DNA of 64,000 nt, from assembly GCA_002633005.1 (NCBI GenBank), contig NMRA01000003.1, positions 1,916,727-1,980,726 on the forward strand. The letters are read 5' to 3'. Of this stretch, positions 51,101-64,000 are shown piece after piece. Made by a program: the position numbers and the translations under genes. Source of the DNA: Phoronis australis. Lineage: Eukaryota; Animalia; Phoronida. Position 1 is the first letter of the stretch. Each line of letters starts with the position of its first letter. Below the pieces are notes generated by a model. That model was not told where the DNA came from and did not search any database. It saw only the letters and a program-made list of their open reading frames with translations.

Positions 51101-53439
51101 TCAGGTAAGAAAATCTATAAACTCGAACCGAACGCACCCTCGTAATGCAGCATTAGCTCCAATACACAATAGTAATCAAATTGGAGTTACATAACAATCA
51201 AATAGTGTTGTCGTAAGTTGCTTCTCCATTTGACGGGGTCATCCTACCGTAAGGCCGTGTTTGGTAGCGCGTGAAATGGGTATTGAGTTGCCGAAACAAG
51301 CCGATAATAAATGAATATAGTGCACGATAAGGATTAGCCCCAGTTAAACAACAGACTGTAATTTTTCTGCCGTCGGTTCAAGTGAAGTGAAGATAAATTC
51401 CTACTGAGACTACCGTTGGTGAAAATAAGAATAGAACAACGTAACAAACTAAATGACATAAAATAATTAAAAGAAAACATGTTACGACTTTTGTTGGGGA
51501 CTCAAAATTTCAGTGCTAAAGAGTTTAGTGACAGCATGTTGTTAATCTTTTACTTTTAAGCTGCAAGTTAACATAAGAATGATAATTACGGCCGTGCAAG
51601 TGAGCGATATCTAATAATTTAAAGAAATGGCAGTTCTAACACTTTAATCGAAACAATAGACCTTGATTGGGCATCGGATAGACACACAGACGGGTAATAG
51701 AATTATTGTCATCAATACCAAGTTGCCTGTGAACTAATCACAAGACACTGTGTCTTTTACCGTAATGAGAAGCGATAGCCTGTTTCAGTTCGATTTAATC
51801 CCCAACACATGGTTAAGTGATCCCAAATTAAATGGCGCTAATGAAGCGCACAGAAAGGTATTGGAAACGCCAGGGAATAGTGGAAAGTAATGTAAGCGAT
51901 AACTTTGTTACAAACTAATTTGCTCCATTGTGACAGGGCCCATCAAGAGCGATCCGTTCGCTTGAGAACACACATCCTCCTAATACGGCGCACGTATGAA
52001 AGGTGATTAAAAACGCACGAGACTGTTTGAGGTCTAATTATATTTTAAGTCGGATATATTTCCGTCTCATTCTTACTGTTTCTCACTACTTGTTCGATAA
52101 AGTGAGTTAGCTGATGTTCGATCTAATTTTGAATTAGATAACATCCGTAGAACGAGAGACTTGTTTCGTATGAAATTCCTCATGATCGTTAGAAGGATCT
52201 CTGGCTGTGGTCATTTCTTTTAACAGCTAGGACACTCGAATAGTTCATACTCCACCTATGAAACACAACATTTCTCTCCAGTAACAGATGTCCGAGGGAA
52301 AATTAGCTCGTACACGTATCTTTGACTTGCATTTTTTATTACTTCGAGATAATACAAAAATATCCAGTAACGTACTGGCAACATTAGAATTCCGAAATCG
52401 AGAGGCGACAGAGACCCAGTGACGCGCATTGTCCCCTTGGTCGCCACACATCTTCGGTCACTAGATTCCAAGAAGACTGCGAGAATTAGTTCAAAATTCC
52501 GTAGAATTTCGTCAAACTCGGGATGATTTGACAACTTTCCGTGAGTTTTGGAAATTCTTCAAAAAAAACCGGAACACCTCATCTTAATCGAAATGGAAGG
52601 GTTGCAACCTCACTGTCACATTCTCTGGCCTGAGTTTTTCGAACACATGTTTTATTTAGTGAACTGCAGTCGGAAACTTCGTCCGGGTCAGACAGCGTCG
52701 ATGCTGAAGGCGGGGGTTTTGAAGCCCGGTTCTTTTTTTAGTTAATTAAACCTCTATTGATAACAATTAACAATTACAGAGTGAAATACAGTTTACCCGG
52801 AAAGCGATTCATTATACCCAGGTAATAAAATTACATGAAATATCTAACAAATATTAAATATGATATAATGAAGGTCAATATACAAGGGAATTACATTTAA
52901 TAAACAATTACAAAAACCGGATTCTTGAAGTTTGCGAATATAGCAAGAAAATAAAGCGAGCTTTTTTGACGATAAATGGCATGTTTTCAAGTATTTTTTT
53001 CATTTTAGTAAATCATTTTACCGAACTTTATCCAAACAAACGAAGAATTTGATTTGGCAAAAAGTTTTTTGAGCCGTTGAAGATTTGTCCGGCACTTCTG
53101 AGATTACAAAAGGTTTGATTCATTATGAATCTTTTTGATTTAATCCAAAACTATTAACAGACGAAAAAAATATATAAACATTGGTGGAGACGTAGATAAC
53201 GTATATTTATGACTTTTCACATTCCAATGGTGAGCGTATTACACGTGAACAGATTTGCTTCTTTTATGTTTTTTCTCCTCCGTTCAGTTTTCCTGGATGT
53301 GCGTAATGGTGTCCAGAATCTATTGAGGAGTCATTTATATTTCGATACATTTCAAGTTATTCTTCCTCATCGTTCTGATTTTGTTTTGACTGTTGTTAAT
53401 TGCAATAGTGTAAGCAAAATTGTTTATAATCTTTTCACC

Positions 53440-53970
53440 TAACTACGTAATTAAATGGGGAAGTTGTTTTAAATATTTAAAAACATTGAACAGTCAGAAG
53501 AATGGTGGCGTAAATGTATCATATTAGCAGGTAATTTTACTAAAATATAAATCTAAGGTGATTTCAAATAAGATTTATTCACAGACTTTTTAGTACTGGT
53601 ATTTTTTTACAGAAAATTGGTGTAACAAATTTGCGTTTATGTACTTGTTGTAGTAGTAAGTCTGAAGATAGTGCTACTTGTATTGGTCTTGTACAATGGT
53701 TCAAAAATTTTGGGTGGCATTAAACAACTGGATCGTATCAAAAACTGGTAAATCTCGTGAACTGAACTTAAATGAGGTATTGTTTGGCAGGCATAGTGCT
53801 GGGCATGTTATTAGCTTGGTCATATGTTTGGTCAAATATCATATTGACCAAGCGAGATTAAACTCCAATGTTCCAGCCACTCAAAAAAGAACTCTCTAGA
53901 TATCACGAGCTTGAAAAAAGAAATTTTGTGCAATAATTTTGAATACGAACTATTTGTTGAAAAGTGAGCC
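53440..53970 (+). mobile_element. Degenerate L1/Tx1-like ORF2 C-terminal (zf-RVT) fragment
   Basis: FLQKIGV..LCTCC..ED..LYWSCTMVQKFW..LNNWI..LNLNEVLFG..VKYHI pattern with stops and frameshifts. Confidence 0.65.
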
Positions 53971-54975
53971 CCCATGGTTCATCTCTGTGTGTTATTTTAA
54001 ATTCGTTTTTGATAACATTCTGATCCCGGGCGTGGCTGTGATGTATTGTATGCGTGTGTTACTTTTTGTATTGTGAAACCATGCGCGCACCCAGTGCACA
54101 AAATGGGGGTTCAAATTTTTGAGAATGTGGACTTTCACTAAGATTCACGGGGTACGTGCCAAAAAAAATGAAAGAAACGTAATAATGCAAAGAGTTCGGT
54201 CTCGGTCGATACGCGGAATAATGTCGAGAGGGATGATATTTCATCAACGCCATTCTCGGTACGTTTTGTGAATATTCGTTGAAGTAAATCTATCACCCAG
54301 GCCAATAATTTGTTTGTTATGGTAAAATAATTCACATTGCCAAACCACCGTCTCGGAGGTCGTCGTTGTCCTCAGTCATTCACTGCTATTATCAGTTGCA
54401 TCTCTAATAATTCGAAAACTTAAGTTTCATATCTATAGTTCTACGTTCACTTTTGTCTCAATTTGAACACAAAGCAGAGGGAAAAGTAGTTCGCACGTTA
54501 CTGTGTTAGAAAAATGGCCGTAGTGCTCTGAAAAATCATCTTATTTTGTAAAGCCTGCGAATTACAAATTGTTGTAATTTGGATGGAATTTCTTAAGAAC
54601 AAGAAACTCGAGTTAAGCAGATTTATTCAAACATCTTCATGATTCTATGAGTTTTTCACGTTTGTGATGTATTCAAGTGGTTTGTAGTGTCTGAATGAAT
54701 GATGCAGCAAAGAAACCTGTCGATCGCCACTACAATGGCTATAATCGTAAATGTTCGCTCTTCCAAGACAGTACTTGAAACTTGTTGTTTTTTTATAAAT
54801 GGAGAACATCGTACATTCATTCATCTTATCGCCGAGACATTCTGAAACACTATACTTTTTTTTTCATTCTATGTCGCTGCATCAAATACGAAACAAATAC
54901 TGGAATAAAAAGCGCAAAGTACGCATTGACGAACTCACCTAACACGGGTTTACCGGTCAAAATTTGTACAGTAAT

Positions 54976-55041
54976 ACATGGGCAGCGCACCATATGGGGC
55001 TGGGGGAAGCCCCCACTTTTTTCAGTGCTGCGCCGCCCATG
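54976..55041. mobile_element. ~65-bp miniature inverted-repeat element (related inverted copy at ~30160-30232, duplicated at ~31086)
   Basis: catgggcagcgca...tgcgccgcccatg termini. The reverse complement aligns with catgggtggcacagcactgaaaaaaa..cccccagcccc..tggtgcaccgcttat. Confidence 0.6.
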
Positions 55042-55430
55042 TATTAAAGTTAGTGCGCTCGAAAAAAACGGACTGGCCAACGTACCAAATGAATTAACGA
55101 ACAAAGGGAACATAAATGCCTCGGTGTTCAATAAATTAATATTTATTATTCACTTAGGATAATGGTTACATAAGACATAAATTTGGCGCAAATAACTTTA
55201 ACCAATTACGCTCTTCTTGGTCAACGACACAGAGATTTGAAATTCAGCCTGCTGAATTATAAAAGAACTGTTTTTCTAATGAAGTAAAAGTAAACAAAGG
55301 GAAATGCTTGACCGGAAGTCTCCAGAAGTGCCACAAGGAGAAGCAAGGCAATCGGGCAATTATGGTTATTTCGCGACACGTGTATCGCTGCATCCTGCCG
55401 TGAACCGTGTCGATTATTTTGTTCAAGGCA

Positions 55431-58400
55431 TCAAAGTCTGCCTCCAGAAACTTCCAGCTTTGTCACAGCTAAAACAAAAAAAGATTGTCAAAGAATTTTA
55501 TTTATTTTATTTTGTCGAAAAAACAAAACTTCATGTTTGGGATTATTCCAAACTTAATCGTTAATATTTGCATTAATTTAAAGTCCAACGTAAACGCTCA
55601 CCTGGTCGGCTGCAAACAACAAAATCTCGTTTTGTCTCGCATGGAACAGACTCCCATTTCCCCGCGTTCCACGTGCCTTGACCTCCGGACAGCATCACAC
55701 ACTGTCTAAGTTCGGGATTAAAAGGCTGCGTGTCGTCGGCCCAGTTCATAAAGCTGAGTGTGAAATAAATGAAATATAAGTATAATTAAAAAACAACGTC
55801 TTATGTAAGTTTTTACGCAAACAACAACCCTCTTATGTCAGGGATGATTTTTTCGGAAAACGCCAGAGACCAATAGCTGCCTTTGGAAACAAAACAGTTT
55901 CCATATTTTTCCAATAATAAATAGTATGAAAATTTATATTGGTTTAATTTCTTAATATGAAGGTTTGTTCTAAAATCAAAGCGCATTGGACGTACCCGTC
56001 ACTAGGGAGAGTCTTGTCGTCCATCCATCTGACGTCCCCTCCACCGAACAGTTTAGCAGGATCACGCGTCCATTTGAGGCCAATAAACGCACCAATTCGC
56101 CATCCTCGTTTTTCGTCTGTTTTGTTGTGGAGCAATCTTGAAATGTCATAAAGAGTATCCATGAGGAATTTTTCCAGTTATTTCTCAAAGATATTTAAAT
56201 TTAAAAATTACATACTCTCTAAACGAAGATTAAGTATGTTTCACTGCGATATAAAATGTGTATTTCACACACGACCTACTTGTATATGAAATCATTAGCC
56301 TTCTTGCTTTTAACATGAGCCAAATGAGCCGAATGGGCCAGACAGTGGTACTCCGCCCAATCCTGATCAACGCCATCTTCCGGTTTGAGAAATCCCTGGT
56401 AGCAATGGTCGTCAAACCGCATCCAGCCCGCGGTGCAACCATTCTCTTGAGCAGGACTGTGGCTGACAGGACCTGAAAACCATGCGAAGTAGTAAGCAAA
56501 CAGTCACTGTATGGTGTTTAGTAATCCTACCCGTTTGGGAGAAACAGGGATTGGAATAAGCAATGACAAAAACAGGAAAAATTTCCCAGTGGTATATCAT
56601 TCCAGTAAATAGGCTTGTGGGACAGAATAGGTTTTGTGTTGTAAAATTCAACTGAAGTAAACGTTTTTGCATGAATATTGTCAAAATAATGATAAAAAAA
56701 GAAAAAAGAGGAAACTGAAAATCAAAAAAGTGGAAATTGAAACCAAAAAAGAGGAAATCCTTAAAAGAGGAAAATGTCAAACGTAATGGAATAACAGACA
56801 TTTTGATTACTAAGCACAATTCTAACCCTAATAAGGGTGTCAAAGTGCAAAATGAGCAATCTGTGGAGGATATGTTGAGAAGGCAAAATCCAATTATAGT
56901 ACTAATAAAAATGATGACGTAAAAGCATTACTGAGAGCTATGCACTACGTACTACCTATGGATTACCTGTGCAAAAATTGATCTCCGCTGGAAGACATGT
57001 AGCATTGTTGTGTGGTTGTGGTCCGGACATTTTGCATTCTTCGTCTTTTAGGTAAGACTGTAATCAAAACACCGGCATCAAATTTTTTTCTAAACAAACA
57101 AATTGAAACCAGTTTGATAATGGTAAGTGACCTAAATCAAAAGTTTCTGCTTCAATGTAATTTTTGAACAGTGAAAGACCTGTCTACACATGTTTTGGTA
57201 TATGACTTTGTATACAAACGAAAAGTTCACTACAGTAAAAAACAACACTTACGGTTGCTTTGTTTTGACCGTATTTACCACTCTGCCACTCTGCAAATCA
57301 GCGTAATTAACAATTTCTACGTTTTCGCTAAGATCATTCTACTTACGTATCGCTGATTTCCGAGAGGTCTGACACAGCGAACTTCGCGAATCTTATTTGT
57401 CCTACGACAGCACTGAGACCAGAGACCTATTTGCCACCTAAAACACCAAACAATTAATTGGAGTTTAAATAGAACCACAGGAGGTTTGGGAACTGAGAAC
57501 CATCAACTAGCTACTTGTCATCCTTCTGGTACAAGTAGGCCTACTCAGTACCTGGACAACCGGGGATTTTAGTATCGGAGACAAAGCAAAATGCTAAATA
57601 CCCCACCCAAGTCCATACCTCTCTCACCCCTAGTCGTCACCACTTATTTCGCTTGCGCATACCAATCCGTGACGATAACACAGAAACCACAAGCACGAGT
57701 CACAAACTGTGAGGAAAAACATTACCCATACCAACCCCTTCTATGATAGAGCCCCCAAGTGTATTATTTATTTATTTATTTATTGATGTAATATTTACAA
57801 TGAGGGTAGCCCCATCAGAGTAACAAATTAACACGGAAAGACAGATGAAACAAAATAAAAAACAAAATATGATAAACAGAAGATAAAGAAAGTAAGACAA
57901 GATAATTAACTACAAAATAAATTAAAATAATTAAATAGACCATAAATAATTAATAAAAGTAAGACATAATAAATATATACAGGCATGTATACACATGCAC
58001 TCTTAAACACGCATACATAAACACATACATACATACAAACATACACATGAATACACAACTACATACACACACATACACATATGTACACATGAATAAGAAA
58101 TAGTCTGATATTGGGATACTGAATGTAAAATTGCTAAACAGAACACATCTACATGAAGTTAAATCTATTTCTTATAATTCTTTTAAAGGTTATAAAGGAT
58201 GATGCAGAATTGGCATCTGCAGGGAGAGTGTTCCATAGATAGGGCCCGCTGTAGGAAAATGATTTTTTCCCGGTGTCGTTTCTGGGTTTCGGAAGATTGA
58301 AATCAGATGATGATGAGGACCTAGTATTGTAGCGATTAGTAGTCAGTCATCTTAAACTTATCACTTAAGTATGCTGGGACAAGACGTTTAAAATATTTGT

Positions 58401-61400
58401 ACATACAACAAGCAGACAGGAATTGATGTCTTGTGTGAATTTTCATTATTCCAGTCTCCGTATGAAGGTTGTCAATGTTAATATCTCTAACACCAGCTCC
58501 CAAAATAATCCGGGCAGCCCTATTTTGGATAACCTGGATGGTTTTCATATCTTTGTCTGATGCAGCGCCCCATACCAGGAGGCAGTAGTCTAGGTGAGGT
58601 TGAATGATAGCATTAAAAAGGGTTTTCAGACTTACTCTGTTCACAAATTTACTGGTGCGTTTCAATACGCCAATTTTCTTAGACACCTTTTTCGAGATAT
58701 AATCAACGTGGTGAGAGAATTTAAGATTTTGATCACATTTTAGTCCCAGATATTTAAAGGAACTAATGTTCTCAATTAATCTTCCATCCAAACTTAATGA
58801 CAGGGTTTGGTTTCTAAGTCTTTGGGACGTGCCAAATAGAAGAGTTTTAGTTTTTGACACATTTAACATAATTTATTTGATACAAGCCAATCTGAAATGA
58901 TTGCTAAATCACAGTTGAGGTTCATCTGGATTTCAGATGAGGTTCTGCCTGCGGACAGTATTGTAGTGTCATCCGCATACAGAACAATCTTAGGATTTTG
59001 AATTACTGAGGGTAGATAATTGACAAAGATGCAAAATAGCAAGGGCCCCGGTATTGACCCTTGAGGAACACCTGTTTGAACACATTTGAGATCAAAGATA
59101 TCTTTGCCGACACGGGTAGCTTGAGTTCTGTTACAAAGATAATCCTGAAACCACTTGGCTTCGACAACGGCGACCCCATAGGCTTTAAGCTTCTTTGACA
59201 AGATAGTTTGAAAACAACGCACAAGCACTGCCTTAAAGTAGTTATATACCTGGGCCTACATTGGAATGCGTTGCAGCGTTCTGTTCTGATACGAGGTTTG
59301 GGCGAGTCGAAGCACTTGTGATCCTCAACTGTTAAACCGTCATCTCGAAGACATATAAAGACGGTCACTCGTAGGCCTGCAAACAAAAATGGGCCTTTTC
59401 ACAACATCATCATAAATTCAGGAAATTTAAGGGTTTTCCTATCAAACATTCAAGAAGACGTGGGTAAGCCTGAAATTTGTTTAAACTACGCTGGGTAGTG
59501 CGTTTCATTAAGAATGTTGTAGTAAAAATTCTGAAAGGACGATTTTGGTGATTTGTCTGACTATCAAAAGACGATGAGTGACACGCATCTGGACTATACC
59601 TTTCGTTGCATCGCGCTTATTTAGGACCATTCACAACGTTGTTTTGTCCTAATATTTATGCTCCCCTCTTGTTGGCACACATCTTAATAAATGACCTTGT
59701 ATCGCCTACGTGCGTCTACTTACCGAACTGCCTTCTTTCTGTATATAAATGAGTCAAATACTAAAATATTATGTGGAGACAAATAGTAAGAGATGACTCA
59801 CCCCCGCCACATGGTTGACTGCACCTGCCCCATCCAACCTCGTGCCAGCGATAGTCATGGAAAGGATAGGTGGGCGTCTCCTTGCGTACATGATACTGGT
59901 ATATGTACCAGACATCTCGCTTCCAGTTTCCCGAAACAGTCTCGATCTGTTAAAGATTGCATAGTAGTAATGACGCAAATTTGATTTGTGTAGGCCCCGG
60001 CGTTACATCTGTATGCAAATTAGTTACGTTAGGTAGCCTTTTTATGAAGCAGTTACAATCTCCGTAATTATATTCGACCTAAGATATGAAACGAATGCTC
60101 AAATTTACCAGAACTTCGACGTCTTTTAGTAGTGGTCCTTTTGTGGATATCAAGCCATAGAATTCGTTGTAAAACCAGTTGGTTCCGGCAAACGCAAATT
60201 TTCCCCACCCGCGTCCCTCCACGTCCATTACTGTTCCATACGATCTCAGAACAAATTTATAGTACACTCGATCGTTCTGCAGGTTGAAGTCAATGTTCCG
60301 CGAGCCCCGAGGAAACTTGAGCAGACAAGCCTTCCCTCGTGGTACTGGCAAACCACACGTCTCGTCGCCTATTAGTGTGTAAACGAAACAACATCTCAGT
60401 TTCAGCTAACAACAAAATTGTGTCAAAAGTCTGCAATTTTCAACACGAATATGAAACAGTCCATTTTTACTTTCTGTTTTAAAAGAGGAAGCAAAGACTC
60501 GCCGAGAAATCATTCCATAAAAAATCACAGGCGCGAGTTACATTTATGACTGTTGAAGACAACTGTAGAAACTTAATACCCTGCAGTTTCTTCGTGGTCC
60601 TCGTTTTTACTTCATATGAATTGCAGTTTGTATTGTTTCCAAAGCACACGCCGCACATGTCTTCTTTAAGAACAGCCTCGTAGAGCATCTGGGCGTGTCC
60701 ACAGACAAGTTTCTGAGGAACAAGATGGGAATATAAACAATATGCGACGATATCAGATAGAGATCATGAGTGCCATGCTCTGTCTGTTAGCCTCCTAATA
60801 AATACACAAACTACTTGTTGTCATTTAATTCACAATACCCATTAGCTACGAAGAGATTTTATGTATATTCAGATTTCTTTGTCAAAATACTTTGCACGTT
60901 TTACCATGGAGCTGTTAATCTATGGCATTACTTAGTTCACCAAGGCAACCTGGAAACTAAAAACGATGTCCCAGTAGTTTCATAGAATTTTACCCTTGTA
61001 ATGGCCGAGCTATAGGTGTTCCAAGATTACTATATGTAACTTTTGAAGCATAGCACGGAAATATTTGTAGGCATACCACTGCTCTTACAACTGTTATTCC
61101 TTTTAAAGGCATACTTCTGGACTCGTATTTGTAAACAAAAAAGAATCCGAACGCAAACAGTAATTAGACAAAACATCTTTCCAAACACTGTTTTACACGA
61201 TTCCGAATTTTTCCAAAAAACAACAGAATTTAATAAAGATTATTTTTCTCAACTTTGAGTTTCTGGAAGTCAATCTAATATGTAAAACGACAAGACGCGC
61301 ACTCACGCAGTCGAACTCTTGGACACGTTAAATCATTACAAGCATCTACTTGCACATTGTTGAAATTTAAGATTTGTCCCGAACACACTGCTTTTTTGAA

Positions 61401-64000
61401 TCAAAGAAACTCATTTTTAAAAATCTAGAGAAAGAAGCATTTTAACACATCCAGATAATTAAAGGTAGAAACGATAAGAACAATCGTGTTACCTTGCACC
61501 AACCGTCGATGCAGACGGAGTTGCCATCACAGCGTGTTCCATTTGGAAACAGGCGCTTATACTTCTTACCAGTCTCTTCGTTTAAACAATTAACAATGCA
61601 TCGACCTAGAAAAAATAGAAACAGACCAAATCAGAGAATTTCAAGTAGCAACGTAATGAAGTAGTACCTCTTGGTACCTCTAGGTGGCGATAACATTCTC
61701 CGGTCCAACGTGATCACACTCTACTATTTTCTGAAAGTCTCCCGTTAATGCAATTTCTTGTACTAGCACTACACCAGGAGTTTGTGTTTTGTTGAAAATT
61801 AATTAGTTGATGATCTACTGTTCTTGTTAAATGCCTTTGAAGTTCTTTCACGTAGTTTTCTCGTAGTAATAACATACGTTCACATGACATACCTGGAACA
61901 AACGTTTCATCAGGTACGAGGGTTTTGTGATATTCCCACGACGCCTGTTTACAAAGCTGTCTTCTCAGAGCTTCATAGTCAATTTCAACATAAGACCATT
62001 CTTCACCCTGCAAATGAGACATTCGAAATTTTACGTCTGGCACCAAATAAGGCTAGTGTGCGTATAACAAGGAAGATACAGTTACAGTTTCCGTCCAGTA
62101 AGGCAAGTGAGATTTTTAAGTGCACTATGTGTCGCGACCCATGCGCGCATCCAGCCTATATTATAGGGGGGTTCGAATTTTTCGATATGCTGACCTTTTA
62201 CTGGAGGAAATCAACGAGGACTAAAACGGGGCCACTAGGTTCAGGCCCGGGAATTGTGCATCCGCGTCGACTTCCCGGCCGGGGATTTTGTGGACTTTTG
62301 TCTCGTTTACTCGGACTTTTCGTTTCACTGAGGCGGACCTTTTTACCCCCGTGCCCCCCCCCGAGTGCGCCCAATGCGACGTAGCCTATTCTAAGTGCAA
62401 GATATGATGTGACATAGCTTATATTTTCGACACTTATTGTCGCTTGGGCGACAGTATATCATCTGTCGGTGTTCACGGCATATTTTGTCCCGCCCAGCAC
62501 ATCGTGACGAGGTGCATTCCGTTGACGTGACAGGTCCTAGGGAAAACAAGTCTGACCAAGTGCTTCGCTTGTAATGCATAGAGATATCTCGCGAATATTT
62601 GAGTAATTCATGAGTTTTCGCGAGTTTCTTGCGACTACGGAGCGCAAGCTGCTACTATTAGAGTTCAGTGACGTCAATAACTCACTTCAGTTTCGCATTG
62701 AACGTAATCGAAGTTCGGTCCCGGACACGGTGTCCCTCCGAACTGCGGTTTTGGATTGTCGCACGTGCGTGTCCTCTTCCTGACGGACAGGCCTTGGGTA
62801 GATGTACACTTCTCAGCCTCCTCCCAGCGGCCCCAGCCCCCGTGAATTGGCTGGGTCGTTACAGGCACGCATTCTTGGTTGATGCAATGCTGAAAAAACC
62901 GATAGTGCAGTCAAACGCGTCATAAAATAATCCAATCAAATGAGCTAAACACATTAGAGCAAGTCGCAAAACATAGGCAACCTTTTCACTTACCTTGTCA
63001 GGGGCGCACTGAGTTCCCTCAAGCGGCACTTGTTTACCATGGCAGGCTTTATCAATGTAACCATGTTTATTGCGGCGGACGCAATACAAGTCAGTACAGA
63101 AAGAATGTCTTCCGCCGGACAAGCGTGGCTGAAAGCAAACATTAATACTATATTAATAGGCCTACTAATAAAGTCTTAAAGTATTGAGAGTTTTCGTATG
63201 AAAAAAATGTACACATACAAATTGCGCTGTCGCAAATAGACTTTTCTGGTACAATCCGGTAAGACTGACTCTCTTGGTCGCACCCAACGTATTACTCACC
63301 CTCTGAGCCTACAATACCTGATAAAAGGTAGTCAAACAGTGGAGTTACCGTTCACGGTTTCAAAAACACGAGGGTAGCTCCTGCTTCAAACGTTACGAAT
63401 TGTTGTTTAGGAGTCACTTTAATGGACCCCATTGGTATTAGGATTAGTTGAGCACGAGATTAAAATGCTTTTTAAATTTTTGTATGGTGTGGGCCAGTGA
63501 AAAAGGCCTTTTAATAAGACTGTCTGTTTAAAAACAGTCTTATTAAAAGAACATTTTCTTCTTTCTGTTTAGTATCTAAAATGCAAATATATTAATTAAA
63601 CTCAGATCAAAGACACGAAAGGACATCTCAAACCTTTCCAAATACGATAAAAATGACTTACATCCCGAAACATATCATTCAGGTTGTTAGTTATGAAAAA
63701 GAGCGACTAAACTTTTGACGGAGTTGGCCATCCCGTCTAGAATCGAACCTTCCCCACTAAGGCCAATGGCAGGCGAGCTTTCAGTTCCTTTTGACTGTTA
63801 AAATAATTTGCTATCATGGCATGAGAAACAAAAATATTTAATTTCTTGTTCGTGAAAAGACAAAGGTCCATTTTTTAAACAAGTTCATGTTTTCCCGTGA
63901 CTGTAATTTCTAAATAGACGTTTTAGTACACACAATTACCTCGTATCCGTTTCCACACGTGCGAAAACACTGCTCGGCTACGTTGACATGCTGGCCCGGT
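55431..64000 (-). CDS. Divergent ADAMTS-family protein (disintegrin-like, TSP1, Cys-rich, spacer, 2 TSP1) with C-terminal C-type lectin domain; 5' part outside window
   Basis: Phase-consistent GT-AG exons 64000-63940, 63128-62994, 62889-62686, 62007-61893, 61605-61493, 60712-60580, 60368-60109, 59946-59802, 59376-59250, 57437-57347, 57290-57253, 57089-56967, 56472-56280, 56136-55996, 55753-55602, 55468-55431. Motifs: PGQHVNVAEQC, PLEGTQC, GGWGRW..RTCDNPKPQFGGTPC, NGTRC..CIDGWC, EDMCGVCFGN, FPRGSRNI, WGRCSQPCGGG, then CTAGWMRFDDHCY..FIGL..FMNW..CV..GKWESVPC..FVVC. Confidence 0.85.
57765..59205 (-). mobile_element. 5'-truncated CR1/L2(Crack)-group LINE in an ADAMTS intron
   Basis: RT motifs GVPQGSIPGPLLF, YADDT, LNVSKTK, FKYLG and IQPHLDYC, with a frameshift at ~58865. 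The 3'UTR has a (TG)-rich microsatellite (~57980-58090) and a (TAAA)n tail. Confidence 0.92.

Noticed and set aside
55602-55753. Possible frameshift in the third CTLD exon
   Set aside because: On careful reading GCG GGG AAA TGG is in frame, so the exon is intact.
62391-62579. Cys-rich minus-strand ORF inside the ADAMTS gene
   Set aside because: It is out of phase with the upstream phase-0 donor and ends in a stop. Joining 62686 directly to 62007 gives the expected ADAMTS sequence.
63300-63317. Possible 18-nt micro-exon with good splice sites
   Set aside because: It contains an in-frame TAG in the required phase, and the flanking exons join well without it.
19498-64000. ACOX / Fez-like / ADAMTS order reminiscent of human 3p14 (ACOX2, FEZF2, ADAMTS9)
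   Set aside because: Orthology is unsupported: the oxidase is ACOX1-like, the zinc finger is not canonical Fezf, and the ADAMTS lacks the ADAMTS9 TSP array and GON domain.

Overview
This is AT-rich eukaryotic (invertebrate metazoan, probably lophotrochozoan-like; the taxon is an inference) genomic DNA with spliceosomal introns, so most ORFs in the supplied track are spurious. I assembled five protein-coding genes by hand from splice sites and reading-frame phase. They are: the 3' end of a TOM1/TOM1L2 gene (+), complete KICS2/C12orf66 (-), complete peroxisomal acyl-CoA oxidase ACOX1 (+, ending in PTS1 AKL), an 8-finger Fez-related C2H2 transcription factor (-), and the 3' part of a divergent ADAMTS protease (-) that ends in a C-type lectin domain. 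The notable points are a clear U12-type AT-AC intron in KICS2, the ADAMTS-CTLD architecture, exon-boundary duplications and minisatellites that copy splice sites, and an apparent CpG-content transition near 34-35 kb. Two tandem duplications are joined by a single N and are probably assembly artefacts; one of them duplicates ACOX1 exons 12-13. The window also holds several LINE fragments and MITEs. No prokaryotic-type system (CRISPR, operon) is present.
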